Below, piece after piece: positions 34,127 through 44,897 of a DNA stretch of 64,000 nucleotides; position 1 is the stretch's first letter; each line of letters opens with the position of its first letter. The notes beneath the pieces are model-generated. The model had not been told where the DNA came from. It made no database searches and saw nothing but the letters and a program-made list of their open reading frames with translations. The DNA is from Cyanobacteriota bacterium (GTDB lineage: Bacteria; Cyanobacteriota; Cyanobacteriia; Thermostichales; Thermostichaceae): positions 1 to 64,000 of the forward strand of contig JANRIL010000048.1 of the NCBI GenBank assembly GCA_033764955.1. The letters run 5' to 3'. The position numbers were made by a program, and so were the translations under genes.

Positions 34127-35050
34127 TCAAGCCCCCAATAAGTTGACCAGCAACGCCTTCTGGGCATGTAGTCGATTTTCTGCTTGATCCCAAACACGGG
34201 ACTGGGATCCCTCCATCACCGCATCCGTAATTTCTTCATCGCGGTGGGCAGGCAAACAATGCAGCACAATAGCCTCTGGATCCGCCTGGGTGAGGAGCGT
34301 CTCATTGATCTGATAGGGCAAAAAGATCGGCTGCCGTTGTTCGGCCTCCTGCTCCTGTCCCATGCTGGCCCAGACATCGGTATAGAGAATTTGCGCTCCC
34401 GCCACCGCCTGCTGGGGATCCGTGAGAACCTCTACGCTGGATCCCGCCTGGGTTGCCAACCGTTTGGCCTGACTGACCACCTGTGGATCGGGTTGATAGC
34501 CAACGGGAGTAGCCACCCGAATCGACAAACCCGTCATGGCACATCCCAAAAGCAATGAATGCACAACATTGTTGCCATCCCCAAGATAGGCCAAAGTCAA
34601 CCCCTCTAACCGCCCAAAGTTTTCTTGAATGGTTAACAAGTCCGCCAAAATTTGACAGGGATGAAACTGATCGGTAAGCGCGTTGATCACCGGAATATCC
34701 GCAAACTCAGCAAACTTCACCAGCTCGGCTTGGGCAAAGGTGCGGATGGCAATGATATCTAAGTAGCGGGACAAAATGCGAGCCGTATCCGCCAACGGTT
34801 CCCCACGACTGACTTGCATCACACTGGGCATCAGGTCAATCACGCTGCCGCCGCACTGAGTCATGGCCGCCGTAAAACTGACCCGCGTGCGGGTGGAAGC
34901 CTTATGAAACAATAAGCCAAGTAGTCGCCCCTGCAAACGAGCGCTACGCTTCTCCTGCTTGAGCAAAGCGGCGTCCCGCAACAGATGCTCTAACTGCTCA
35001 GGGGTCAAATCGGCTAATGTCAACAAATCACGCCCTTGCAGTGCACCCAT
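34127..35050 (-). CDS. argF: Ornithine carbamoyltransferase
   Basis: STRTRVSF, HPCQILAD, GDGNNV, DVWASMG and HCLPAHR motifs. Confidence 0.97.
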   Translation of the reverse strand: MGALQGRDLLTLADLTPEQLEHLLRDAALLKQEKRSARLQGRLLGLLFHKASTRTRVSFTAAMTQCGGSVIDLMPSVMQVSRGEPLADTARILSRYLDIIAIRTFAQAELVKFAEFADIPVINALTDQFHPCQILADLLTIQENFGRLEGLTLAYLGDGNNVVHSLLLGCAMTGLSIRVATPVGYQPDPQVVSQAKRLATQAGSSVEVLTDPQQAVAGAQILYTDVWASMGQEQEAEQRQPIFLPYQINETLLTQADPEAIVLHCLPAHRDEEITDAVMEGSQSRVWDQAENRLHAQKALLVNLLGA

Positions 35051-35089
35051 GCCCGACTCCCCCAGTTTGCCGATCCTGGCGTTTACCCT

Positions 35090-36391
35090 TTAGTTATCCA
35101 CATACAAAGATGTGGACTTGACCACCTCGTTGGCTTGACGGGCGGCAATAGCAGGCTGGAGGGCTTTGATCGCCGCCGCATATTGCGGATCCTCTAGTGT
35201 GGCCACTAGATCGCGGTTCTCACTCAATTTCTCCAGATCCGACTCGGTCAAATCCACCTTGATATCGGGGGTAATCCCCTTTTTGTTGATGTCCGTTCCC
35301 TTGGGAGTATGGTAGCGGGCAATCGTCACCGCCAACCCAGAACCATCTGAGAGAGAGTGAACCGATTGAACCAACCCCTTGCCAAAGGTTTGCGTTCCGA
35401 CAATGATCGCCCGTTGGTTGTCCTGCAAAGCCCCCGACAAGATTTCACTAGCACTGGCGGAGCCGCCATCCACCAAGACCGCCAGCGGTTTGTCGGTCAT
35501 CGCCCCACTATTGGCATTGAGACGATCCTGTTCTCCCTGGCGGTTGACTGTGGAAACAATCCCTCCTTTGTCCATCCACATGCGGGCGATCTCCGCACTG
35601 GAATAGAGCAAGCCGCCCGGATTGGCGCGCAAGTCCAGCACATAGGCGACAGCCCCTTCTTTTTCCAGCTTGCGGATGGATTCCTTCATTTTTTCGGCGG
35701 CATTGGCGGAAAATTGGGTGAGGCGAATATAACCAATGGGCTGGCCAGCCTCGCGGTGCATTTCGTATTTGACGGTGGCTAGCTCGATCCGCTCCCGCTT
35801 CAGGTCAAAATCCATCGAGTCTTTGTCGTCTCGCAAAATAGTCAGGGTGACGGAGGTGCCTGGCTCTCCCCGAATCAGGTTAACCGCCGCGTTAACATCC
35901 ATCCCCTCGGTGGATTTGCCATCAATGGCGGTGATCACATCTTTGGACTTGATGCCTGCTTTATCGGCTGGGGATCCCTCAATGGGGGAAACTACTACCA
36001 GATGCTCAGTTGCTTCGTCCATCCCTAAGGTGATGCCCACACCTGTCAGTTCCCCAGAGGTGTCGATCTGCATACTGGCAAACTGTTCGGGATCCAGGAA
36101 GCGGGTGTAGGGATCGTTCAATGCCTTGAGGGCTTCTCGAATCGCCTCATAAGCGTCCTCCGGTTTGGCATATTCCTTCGAGAGCAGATCGCGGCGGGAC
36201 TTTTCCCAGTCAATGTTATTGAAGCTGCCATCCACATATTCGCGGTTAACAATTTGCCAGACCTCATCCACGACTTCTTTGGGATCACTACGAAAGCCCG
36301 CCCAACCAGGGGTAGAGAGCTGTACCCCCACCAGGGTAACCGCTGTCAAAACCGCCGCTGTCGCACTGACCACAAATCCGCGCTTCTTCAT
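35090..36391 (-). CDS. ctpA: Carboxyl-terminal processing protease (S41, PDZ)
   Basis: DPYTRFL, PDZ GVGI, DLRANPGGLL, SASASEIL and TFGKGLVQ motifs; N-terminal signal peptide. Paralog identity (A/B/C) uncertain. Confidence 0.88.
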   Translation of the reverse strand: MKKRGFVVSATAAVLTAVTLVGVQLSTPGWAGFRSDPKEVVDEVWQIVNREYVDGSFNNIDWEKSRRDLLSKEYAKPEDAYEAIREALKALNDPYTRFLDPEQFASMQIDTSGELTGVGITLGMDEATEHLVVVSPIEGSPADKAGIKSKDVITAIDGKSTEGMDVNAAVNLIRGEPGTSVTLTILRDDKDSMDFDLKRERIELATVKYEMHREAGQPIGYIRLTQFSANAAEKMKESIRKLEKEGAVAYVLDLRANPGGLLYSSAEIARMWMDKGGIVSTVNRQGEQDRLNANSGAMTDKPLAVLVDGGSASASEILSGALQDNQRAIIVGTQTFGKGLVQSVHSLSDGSGLAVTIARYHTPKGTDINKKGITPDIKVDLTESDLEKLSENRDLVATLEDPQYAAAIKALQPAIAARQANEVVKSTSLYVDN

Positions 36392-36708
36392 GTTCGTCTC
36401 CTGCAAAGACAAGTCCTAAACGTAGGGACAGATAGGCTTATATCTAATGATGACTGGTGATGACTGGGCAAGTCACTGGCTAGCTTAGGCTAAATCTTAG
36501 CTAAACTAGCTCAACCTAGCACAGGGCTTTCGGCTTAAGATGATGCAGCCATGACAAAATGCGCGGTTTTGGGTGGTTGTTCCACCGAAATTTATAATTT
36601 CTTTGTTTTGGCTGGGCTAGCCCCCCTTCCACCCGTTTCCTCCTTATGTTTCGTGATGCCATGCTTCCTTCCCCACTTTCCCTAGACTCCAGCCAGGATT
36701 CCCTGAAA

Positions 36709-38112
36709 ATGGGGATCCCTGCCCACCCCACCCCCGATCAACGGACAACGGATTTGGAAGAACGGGCGCGCTCAGCCCGTCAAGCCGCTCAGGTTTTGGC
36801 TCTGCTGCCTTGTCAGGAGCGCAATCGGGCGCTTCAGAATATGGCTCAAGCCTTGGGATCCCATATCTCAGAGATTTTGGCAGCCAATCAGCAGGATCTC
36901 AGTCAAGCTGCCGACATGGTGAAACAGCAGCAACTCTCCCCCGCTGCCTTTGCCCGCCTCAAACTGGATGCAGATAAGCTGGCTGGCATGATCGCCGGGA
37001 TAGAGACTGTTGCCCAGTTGGCGGATCCCGTCGGACAAGTGCATTTTGTCCGCGAATTGGATGAGGGGCTGATCCTGGAACGACGCACCTATCCGTTGGG
37101 GGTGTTGGGGGTGGTTTTTGAGTCCCGTCCCGATGCGGTCACTCAAATTGTTTCATTGGCGATCAAGACCGGAAACAGTGTTTTGCTAAAGGGAGGGCAG
37201 GAGGCTCTCCACACCTGCCAGATCCTGACTCAGATCCTCCAAGCGGCGTTGAGAGAACAGGTGGGTTTTCCAGAGGGGGCTGTGCAACTGTTGACCAGTC
37301 GGGCTGAGATTCAAGCCTTACTCTCTCTGGATCGCTGGGTCGATTTGATCGTGCCACGGGGATCCAATGCCTTTGTTCGCTACATTCAAAGCCACACGCG
37401 CATTCCCGTATTGGGTCACGCCGATGGCATCTGCCACCTCTATGTCGATCAAGCAGCCAATCGAGACCAAGCGGTTCGTCTGACCCTCGATAGCAAGATT
37501 CAATATCCGGCGGCCTGTAACGCGCTGGAAACGCTGCTGGTTCATCGGGGGATTGCCGCCGATTTTCTGCCGATGGTGGGCAAAGCCCTGACGGCGGCGG
37601 GGGTGGAGATGCGGGGATGTCCGATCAGTCAACAGTTTTGGCCGATGCAGGCCGCCAGCGAGGTGGATTGGCAAACGGAATATGGCGAAAAGATCTTAGC
37701 AATTCGGGTGGTGGATAGTCTGGCGGAGGCGCTTGACCACATCCAAACCTATGGATCCCGTCATACGGAGGCGATTGTTACCGAGGATCCCGTGGTGGCT
37801 CAGACCTTTTTGGATCGCGTGGATGCGGCAGGGGTGTTTCACAACGCCTCCACCCGCTTTGCCGATGGCTTCCGCTATGGATTTGGGGCAGAAGTGGGCA
37901 TCAGCACGCAAAAAATGCCTCCTCGCGGGCCTGTTGGATTAGAAGGACTGGTCACTTACAAATATCTTTTGCGAGGGCAGGGGCAACAGGTGGCGGACTA
38001 TAGTGGCAATGGAGGCCGCGCCTTTACCCATCGTGACTTGCCCATCTCACCTGACCGGACACTCTCCCGCTCCGACTTCAATCCGGTGGCAACCATCATT
38101 GATAGTGAATAA
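36709..38112 (+). CDS. proA: Gamma-glutamyl phosphate reductase
   Basis: [27 protein letters not shown] and [22 protein letters not shown] motifs; start uncertain. Confidence 0.95.
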   Translation: MGIPAHPTPDQRTTDLEERARSARQAAQVLALLPCQERNRALQNMAQALGSHISEILAANQQDLSQAADMVKQQQLSPAAFARLKLDADKLAGMIAGIETVAQLADPVGQVHFVRELDEGLILERRTYPLGVLGVVFESRPDAVTQIVSLAIKTGNSVLLKGGQEALHTCQILTQILQAALREQVGFPEGAVQLLTSRAEIQALLSLDRWVDLIVPRGSNAFVRYIQSHTRIPVLGHADGICHLYVDQAANRDQAVRLTLDSKIQYPAACNALETLLVHRGIAADFLPMVGKALTAAGVEMRGCPISQQFWPMQAASEVDWQTEYGEKILAIRVVDSLAEALDHIQTYGSRHTEAIVTEDPVVAQTFLDRVDAAGVFHNASTRFADGFRYGFGAEVGISTQKMPPRGPVGLEGLVTYKYLLRGQGQQVADYSGNGGRAFTHRDLPISPDRTLSRSDFNPVATIIDSE

Positions 38113-38605
38113 AAATTGTGCGAGAAAAATAACTTGTGCATAGACCAGAAAACACGCTAAGCTAGCAAAGCACTTCTGAGAAAAGATTTTTCGTAATGGT
38201 GATCAACCTGCCATGCGATACAAAATCCTCAATTCTTTAGTGGAGAGGCAATTGGATGCCATACCTAATCAACGTTTTAACTCAGCCATTGCATCGGATT
38301 GACTGCTGTTAGGGGGTTGCTCCAGGCAGATTGTTGTTTGGGTTGGATCCTCTCCATTTCCTAAGCCCTACGGGTGAAAAAAGTATCTTAACAAAAGCAT
38401 CCATGATTTTCAGATTTGTCAATGTTTTTTCCCGTTTGCGGAAAATGATCTTAAAGATTATTTTATGATTATGGAAAAGTCATCCTCAATATTTCTGTCC
38501 TAGTTTGCCGGCCAATGACCATGACCATCGCAAAATCTTGTGAATTTTCTCACTGTCGTTAGTCGCTTTACCATCCTGTTCTTTCTGTAGGGAGCCTTAG
38601 TGTCT

Positions 38606-39106
38606 ATGTCCGTGCGTCTCTATATTGGAAATTTGCCTGAAGACGTGGAGCGTCAGTCCCTAGAGGATCTATTCACGGCAGCAGGAGAGGTAGTTTCGAC
38701 CAAAGTGATTCGGGATCGCAAAACAGGAAAATGCCGAGGTTTTGGGTTTTTAACCGTGGCCACCGATGAGCTGGCTGAGCAATACATTGCCAAATTTAAT
38801 GGCTATCAGTTTGGTGAGAACACGCTGAAAATAGAAGTGGCTCAACCCCGCGAAAAAGGGGAAGGCGGCGAGGAAGGAGCCGATTCCCCCAGCCCTACCC
38901 CCCGCTTGCGGGAGAAAGAGGCTAGCGAGGGCAGCGAAGACGCTTCCTCTAAGGTCGCCGCAGGGGGCAAGAAAAAGAATCGGGGGGGGCGTTCCCAGTC
39001 CAGTGCTGGTGTGGCAGTGGCGGCGACAACCGTGCAGCCGGATCCCCGCTGGGCTAGCCAATTGCAACGGATCAAAGAACAACTGCAAGCGGCTGGGCAA
39101 AGCTAA
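38606..39106 (+). CDS. RRM RNA-binding protein (long-tail Rbp3-like class)
   Basis: MSVRLYIGNLP (RNP2), KCRGFGFL (RNP1), C-terminal QPDPRWA..L..KEQL. Confidence 0.9.
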   Translation: MSVRLYIGNLPEDVERQSLEDLFTAAGEVVSTKVIRDRKTGKCRGFGFLTVATDELAEQYIAKFNGYQFGENTLKIEVAQPREKGEGGEEGADSPSPTPRLREKEASEGSEDASSKVAAGGKKKNRGGRSQSSAGVAVAATTVQPDPRWASQLQRIKEQLQAAGQS

Positions 39107-39195
39107 TCCCCTACCGATGGGGGATCCCAGCCAACAAGATTTCTTGGCTAGGGTCTGTTAAGCTGCTTACAACGTTCCAAACAACTGAGTCTCCT

Positions 39196-39990
39196 ATGAA
39201 CCTATTCACGAGCCTATTGGCCTCGCGCTGGCTACGAGCGGCTCTCACCTGGGTTGTGCTGGTGGGAATGATGGCTGGCTTATCCAGTTGCCGCCTCAGC
39301 CAGCAGACTGCTCCTGCTGACGGTGACCTAGAAGCACAGGTATTGCAGATCATTCGGGATAATCCTGAGGTGTTGATCGAGTCGGTGCAGACCTATCAGG
39401 AGGAGAAGCAGGAACGCCTCAAACAAGCCAGCCAAGATCTGACGACACAAATGCAGTCCAACCCCCAAGCGGTGATCGGCAGCTCTCCCGTGACGGGATC
39501 CCCGGATAAAAAGCTCGTGCTGATCGAGTTCTCCGATTTCCAGTGCCCCTACTGTGCCAGAGCCTATCAGACAGTTAAAGAGTTCATGAAAAAGCATGGG
39601 CAGGAAGTCACCCTTGTCTATAAGCATTTACCCCTAACCAATATCCATCCCCAGGCGATGTCTGCCGCTCAAGCCGCCTGGGCGGCCAACCAGCAGGGTC
39701 AGTTTTGGCCGTTTCACGATGCCCTGTTTGAGAACCAAAGCCGTCTGAGTGAGGAGTATTATCAAGAACTGGCGGGTCAGCTCGGTTTAGATCTCAACCG
39801 TTTCAATAAAGATCGCCAGAGCAAGCAGGCTCAAGCGGCTATTGAACAGGATATGCAGATGGCCGAAAATTTGGGCATTGGCGGAACCCCGTACTTCATC
39901 TTGAATGGACTTGCTTTCTCTGGAGCCCAGCCACTGCAAAACTTTGAGCAGGCTCTCGACAAAGCTAAGCAGGGATCCCCTACTCCCTAG
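39196..39990 (+). CDS. DsbA-family thioredoxin-fold lipoprotein
   Basis: Lipobox-like LSSC, IIRDNPEVL, FSDFQCPYC and GTP motifs. Confidence 0.9.
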   Translation: MNLFTSLLASRWLRAALTWVVLVGMMAGLSSCRLSQQTAPADGDLEAQVLQIIRDNPEVLIESVQTYQEEKQERLKQASQDLTTQMQSNPQAVIGSSPVTGSPDKKLVLIEFSDFQCPYCARAYQTVKEFMKKHGQEVTLVYKHLPLTNIHPQAMSAAQAAWAANQQGQFWPFHDALFENQSRLSEEYYQELAGQLGLDLNRFNKDRQSKQAQAAIEQDMQMAENLGIGGTPYFILNGLAFSGAQPLQNFEQALDKAKQGSPTP

Positions 39991-40094
39991 GGCTAGGGAG
40001 GCTAAGAAACTTCAGCTATGAACTGAGCAGTCAGATAGGGGAGGTTTTCCCCTTCTGGCTGCTTTTTGGCAGTTGTCAAGGGAGAGGCTCAGAG

Positions 40095-40709
40095 GTGTAT
40101 ACCTGCTTACAGTGCTACGATAGCTTTCTTTTTCCGCCGGATCCCTGCCCCACCTGCGCGGCTCAGCAGCAGCGGCGACGCCGTAGTCAACGGGCAAAAG
40201 AACGACGTACCCGGTACGATCCGGATGGGCAGATCGCTACCCCTGAATTTTGGCAACTGCTCAAGTGGTATCCTGGCTGCCCCTGTTGTGGCCGTCCATG
40301 GCGGGAGATTCCAGAGGCAATTAGCCAAGACCACATCATTCCCATCAGCCGTGGGGGCAGTAATACCGTTGCGAACCTACAACCCCTCTGTCAGCCCTGC
40401 AATCTCTGGAAGTCGGATCGCGTGATCATGTTTGATGCGGCTTGTCCCGGTTATGCGGTGGCTTTACCTGAGCGCCTTCATCCGTTGTTTTGTCAACGGC
40501 TAACCCAACCCCTTGTGTTGTCTGAGCCTTCTGCTGAATCTGTTCAGCAACTGAGCTTTTTGCCTGCCCAGGATCCCTGTCAACTGGCCTATCCTTGGGC
40601 AACGGCTCCGCAACTGGAGGCGGAAACGATTCGACTAACTCAGGCACTTTTAGAAAGCCACCGCCAAGCGGTGGTGGAGAGTTATGGGGAAGCAGGATCC
40701 ACAATCTGA
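40095..40709 (+). CDS. HNH endonuclease
   Basis: CPCC...DHIIPISRGGSNTVANLQPLCQPCN..K; additional N-terminal CxxC..CxxC. Confidence 0.8.
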   Translation: MYTCLQCYDSFLFPPDPCPTCAAQQQRRRRSQRAKERRTRYDPDGQIATPEFWQLLKWYPGCPCCGRPWREIPEAISQDHIIPISRGGSNTVANLQPLCQPCNLWKSDRVIMFDAACPGYAVALPERLHPLFCQRLTQPLVLSEPSAESVQQLSFLPAQDPCQLAYPWATAPQLEAETIRLTQALLESHRQAVVESYGEAGSTI

Positions 40710-41893
40710 CCCGCTAATCCTGCGGCCATCAGGGTTTTGAGGGCTTGTTCCGCATTTTGTCGCAGGCGGTAGGTGCCCACCTGAATAACGGAACGATTTT
40801 GGTAGGGACGAATGAAGGCGTCAGGAGCGAGGACTTGCACTTGAGCCAGTTGGGAGATATCCGTCACGATCACCCACCATGCTCCTTCTGCAGAAGGGGG
40901 AGAAGTTGCCGGCGGAGATGGCGCTGTCGCCATAGTGGAAGGGGTAGGAGAGGATCCCTCCAGATCCGCCAAGATGGGTTGGGAGCGCCGCAGATCGGCT
41001 GGAAAAACCCCTGCTTCATAGCCCAATTGGGCGAGGGTTTGCAGTTGGGCTTGTGCCTCCGATTCACTGGCAAAGCCACCCGTTTTGACAACTTGTAAAT
41101 CATCGTAGAGGAGGGGAACCGCTTGCGGCAGTTGGGCTTGCAGAAGATCCAATTGCTCTCCGGTGGGATCCGCCACCAAAACCCAAAATTCTTCTCCAGT
41201 TTGCGGGGGGGAAGCTTGCGGGGAGACGGGAGAGGAACTAGCTGGGGGGGAAGCTGTCGCCACCGCCATTGCCGGGATCCCCTGAGCGGCTAACCAACTC
41301 ACTTGGTCTTGGGCTTGGGCAAGCTGAGAAAAACTGCCCGTTTGCAGAGCTGCCTCTCCTTGATAGGTGGTGGGCTGAGCCTGGGGGAAAAATCGCTTGA
41401 CCTGATTGGTGAGTTCTTCCCCTTGGCTGGTCGGCACAGCCACAATCACTCGATAGCGGCGCTCCGGCAGAGTCCCTGGCAAAGGTGTAGCCAGAGAAGT
41501 AGCCAAAGGAGAGGGAGGAACGGCAGGAGTGAGGGGGGGATCCCCCGGCGTAACCGCTACCACCCGGACAGACACGCCCAAAGCCGCTAATGCTTGCCGC
41601 CGTTTCTCCGCATGAATGCGGTTCAAAAAGGTTCCTGCCAAAATCACGGTTTGATCCGGGGTGATCACCAGATAGGCATCCGGTACTTGGGTTTGAATTT
41701 GGCTCAAAACGGTTGGATCTTCCGATAAAACCTGGACTTGGTAGCTTTCTATTGCCCAGGCTGGTTGTGTCTGGCTCAGCAGCATCAGCAAGCCGACCCC
41801 AGCTAGCCATGCCCGCACCCCCCTCGTGTGAAGCTGTTTGCCCCGCCCCCCCATAGGCCACCCCTCCTCAGACATGCCACGCCCTCCCTTCAA
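40682..41893 (-). CDS. Exported multi-SPOR-like domain protein
   Basis: Signal peptide (..PAWA); four repeats ending in (L/Q)xGxF/Y....A......L...G, separated by Pro/Ser linkers; start uncertain. Confidence 0.7.
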   Translation of the reverse strand: MKGGRGMSEEGWPMGGRGKQLHTRGVRAWLAGVGLLMLLSQTQPAWAIESYQVQVLSEDPTVLSQIQTQVPDAYLVITPDQTVILAGTFLNRIHAEKRRQALAALGVSVRVVAVTPGDPPLTPAVPPSPLATSLATPLPGTLPERRYRVIVAVPTSQGEELTNQVKRFFPQAQPTTYQGEAALQTGSFSQLAQAQDQVSWLAAQGIPAMAVATASPPASSSPVSPQASPPQTGEEFWVLVADPTGEQLDLLQAQLPQAVPLLYDDLQVVKTGGFASESEAQAQLQTLAQLGYEAGVFPADLRRSQPILADLEGSSPTPSTMATAPSPPATSPPSAEGAWWVIVTDISQLAQVQVLAPDAFIRPYQNRSVIQVGTYRLRQNAEQALKTLMAAGLAGQIVDPASP

Positions 41894-42003
41894 TTAAAGC
41901 GGAATCTCTCGCCTGCTATGCCCGTCTGCCCAGTTGTAGCGACCAATACAACCTCAAGAAAAAACTTGCGGGACTCTGAGAGTCAACAGCAACCTTTTTG
42001 CTT

Positions 42004-42690
42004 ATGCGAATTTTGCTTATCGAGGATGACCAAGCCCTAGCGGGATCCCTGGCGGATGCCCTTGAGGACGAGTGTTATCAAGTGGATGTTGCCAAAGATG
42101 GAGAGGATGGCTGGGAACGCTTACGCGCCTGGCCCTATGAGTTATTGCTTTTGGATATTCACCTACCTCGCTTAGACGGGATCCGCCTCTGCCAACGACT
42201 GCGCGGACGGGGATTTCAGTTGCCCGTTTTGATGTTAACCGCCCGTGACACAAGCACCGACAAAATCACAGGTTTGGATGCCGGAGCAGACGACTATGTG
42301 GTAAAACCCTTTGATTTGCAAGAGTTATTGGCGCGAATTCGGGCTTTGTTACGGAGAGGAAGTTTGCCTCCTTCCCGTTTCTTGATCTGGGGGGATCTCA
42401 AGCTTAACCCCAGTACATGCGAGGCGAGTTATGCCGATGCTCCTCTGCGACTTACCCCCAAAGAATTAGCTCTGTTGGAGTTGTTTTTGACCCACGGACG
42501 ACGGGTGTTGAGTCGGCATTTCATGATTGAGCGCATTTGGACAACCGAAGAATCTCCCGAAGAAGAAACCGTCAAAGCTCATATCAAAACCCTCCGGCAA
42601 AAATTACGCCTAGCCGGATCCCCAGAGGATTTGATCGAAACAGTGCATGGCATGGGTTATCGCCTCAAACAATTACAGATGGCGAGCTAA
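42004..42690 (+). CDS. OmpR-family response regulator
   Basis: MRILLIEDD, LLDIHLP, LTARD, GADDYVVKPF and winged-helix IETVHGMGYRL motifs. Confidence 0.95.
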   Translation: MRILLIEDDQALAGSLADALEDECYQVDVAKDGEDGWERLRAWPYELLLLDIHLPRLDGIRLCQRLRGRGFQLPVLMLTARDTSTDKITGLDAGADDYVVKPFDLQELLARIRALLRRGSLPPSRFLIWGDLKLNPSTCEASYADAPLRLTPKELALLELFLTHGRRVLSRHFMIERIWTTEESPEEETVKAHIKTLRQKLRLAGSPEDLIETVHGMGYRLKQLQMAS

Positions 42691-42900
42691 GTCGGGTGGT
42701 TATAGACAAGTCGTGACTGAAGTATTTTATTCTTTCCTCTCTAGTGCTTTAGAAGATGCCCTGGATAAGGTCTTGGCTGAGGGGTTGCACTACTACCACT
42801 GGATCCCAGTTGTTTGCTGTTCAGGCGGGAGAGGGCTGTACAATCAGCGACTAGACTGGTTGGATGTTCCTACCCTCTGTGAAGAGCGTGCCTACTTGCA

Positions 42901-44897
42901 ATGCCTGATCACAACTACTTTTCCAGCCTAATCTGGCAGATCGCTGATCTGTTGCGTGGGCCGTACCGTCCGCCTCAGTACGAGCGGGTGATACTGCCGA
43001 GGTGTTACGGCGGTTTGATTGTATCTTGGCTCCTAGTAAGAGCAAGGTTTTAGCAAAGTACGAGCAACATAAGGGAGGCAGGCTGGAAGGAGAGGCGCTG
43101 GATCGGATGCTCGACCAAACGGCTGGACAACGCTTTCATAATCACTCGTCACTAGATTTTGAGAGGCTGAAGGGGGATCCCGATAACATTGCTCAGCATT
43201 TGGTGAGTTACATTCAGGGGTTTTCCAGTAATGTGTGACATATTTTTGAGTATTTCGAGTTTGAGAATGAAATCGAGAAGATGCGAGAATCGAACATTCT
43301 CTATCTGGTGGTCTCGAAGTTTGGGGATGTAAATTTACATCCTGATCAGGTGCCGAATGAGCAGATGGGGTTGATTTTTGAGAATCTGATCCGACGTTTT
43401 AATGAACTGGCTAATGAGACGGCTGGGGATCACTTTACGCCGCGTGAGGTGATTCGGCTGATGGTGAATATTCTATTTATCAATGATGATCTGCTGGCAA
43501 CGCCAGGAACGGTGCGTAAGTTGCTGGATCCTGCCTGTGGGACGGGGGGGATGCTGGCAGAGGCACAGAATTATTTGCGGGAACATCATGGGGCAGCAAA
43601 GCTCTATGTGTTTAGGCAGGACTATAAGCGGGGGTTTGCAACGGCGGCTTCAGACATGCTGATGAAGCAGATCAATCAAAATGGCAGCAGCAAGAATATT
43701 CGGTATGGGGATAGCTTTACTGAGGATCAATTTGAGGATGAGACGTTTGATTATTTCCTGACGAATCCCCCATTTGGAGTGGATTGGAAAAAGCAGCAAA
43801 AAGAGATCATGCGGGAGCATGAGAGTCGGGGTTTTGATGGTCGCTTTGGGGCGGGTTTGCCCCGGATCAATGACGGATCCCTGTTGTTTTTGCAACACAT
43901 GATCGCTAAGTTTGAGCCAGTTGCACCAAATAAACAGAAGTATGGATCCCGTTTGGCGATTGTGTTTTCGGGATCCCCATTGTTTACGGGTGGGGCGGGA
44001 TCCGGTGAGAGTGAGATTCGGCGGTGGATTATCGAACACGATTGGTTGGAGGCGATCATCGCCCTACCGGAGCAGATGTTTTACAACACGGGGATTGGTA
44101 CTTACGTTTGGATCGTAACCAATCGCAAGGAAGAACGGCGGCGGGGCAAGATCCAGCTTGTGGATGCGCGGGGGTTTTGGGCGGCGGGGGGCAGTGAGGA
44201 GAGCAAGCGCAGCTTGGGAGATAAGCGTCGTCATATTACGGCTGATCAGATCGCTGAGATCGTCAAGCTTTATGGCAATTTCGAGGATGGTGAGCGCTCT
44301 AAGATTTTTGATAATGAGGATTTTGGCTATACGCGGGTGACGGTGGAGCGTCCATTGCGGCTGCGTTATCAGATGACGTTTGAGGAGAAGGCACGGTTTT
44401 TGGATGCTTGCCCTCACTTGTTGGATGATATTCAGGCGATTGATGCGGGGTTGGGGCGGGATCCCGTGCTGGATTGGAATGCTGTATGGAAACAGATCCA
44501 GAGTTTGTTACGCAAGCATGGCTCCAAGTGGAAAAAGACGGAGCAAAAGTTGTTTCGGGATGTGGTTACCCAGACGGATCCCGATGCAGAGCGGGTCTTT
44601 CTCCCCTCTCCCAGAGGTAGAGGGGCTGGGGGTGAGGGATATGAGGCGGATTCGAGCTTGAGGGATTTTGAGAATGTGCCGCTGACGGAGGATATTGAGG
44701 AGTATTTTGAGCGGGAAGTACGACCGCATGTGCCGGATACTTGGATGGATCGGAGCAAGGATAAGGTGGGTTATGAGATCAATTTCAACCGACATTTTTA
44801 TAAGTACACACCACCACGTCCGTTGACAGAAATTGATGCGGATCTTAAGCGGGCGGAAGAGGAGATTTTGAGACTCCTAAGAGAGGTGACAGAGTGA
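42901..44897 (+). pseudogene. hsdM: Type I R-M methyltransferase HsdM, disrupted
   Basis: ATG 42901 gives MPDHNYFSSLIWQIADLLRGPYRPPQYERVILP. A frameshift at ~43000 leads into VLRRFDCIL, an in-frame TGA follows at 43236-43238, and the frame continues HIFEYFEF..MRES..GDHFTPREV, DPACGTGG, NPPF. Confidence 0.88.
44601..44638 (+). repeat. REP-like palindromic element inserted in frame in hsdM
   Basis: CTCCCCTCTCCCAGAGGTAGAGGGGCTGGGGGTGAGGG, read as LPSPRGRGAGGEG; CCCCTCT/AGAGGGG stem. Confidence 0.7.

Noticed and set aside
41238..41861. 207-aa alternative-frame ORF and other antisense ORFs inside core genes
   Set aside because: Low-complexity shadow frames of well-supported CDSs.
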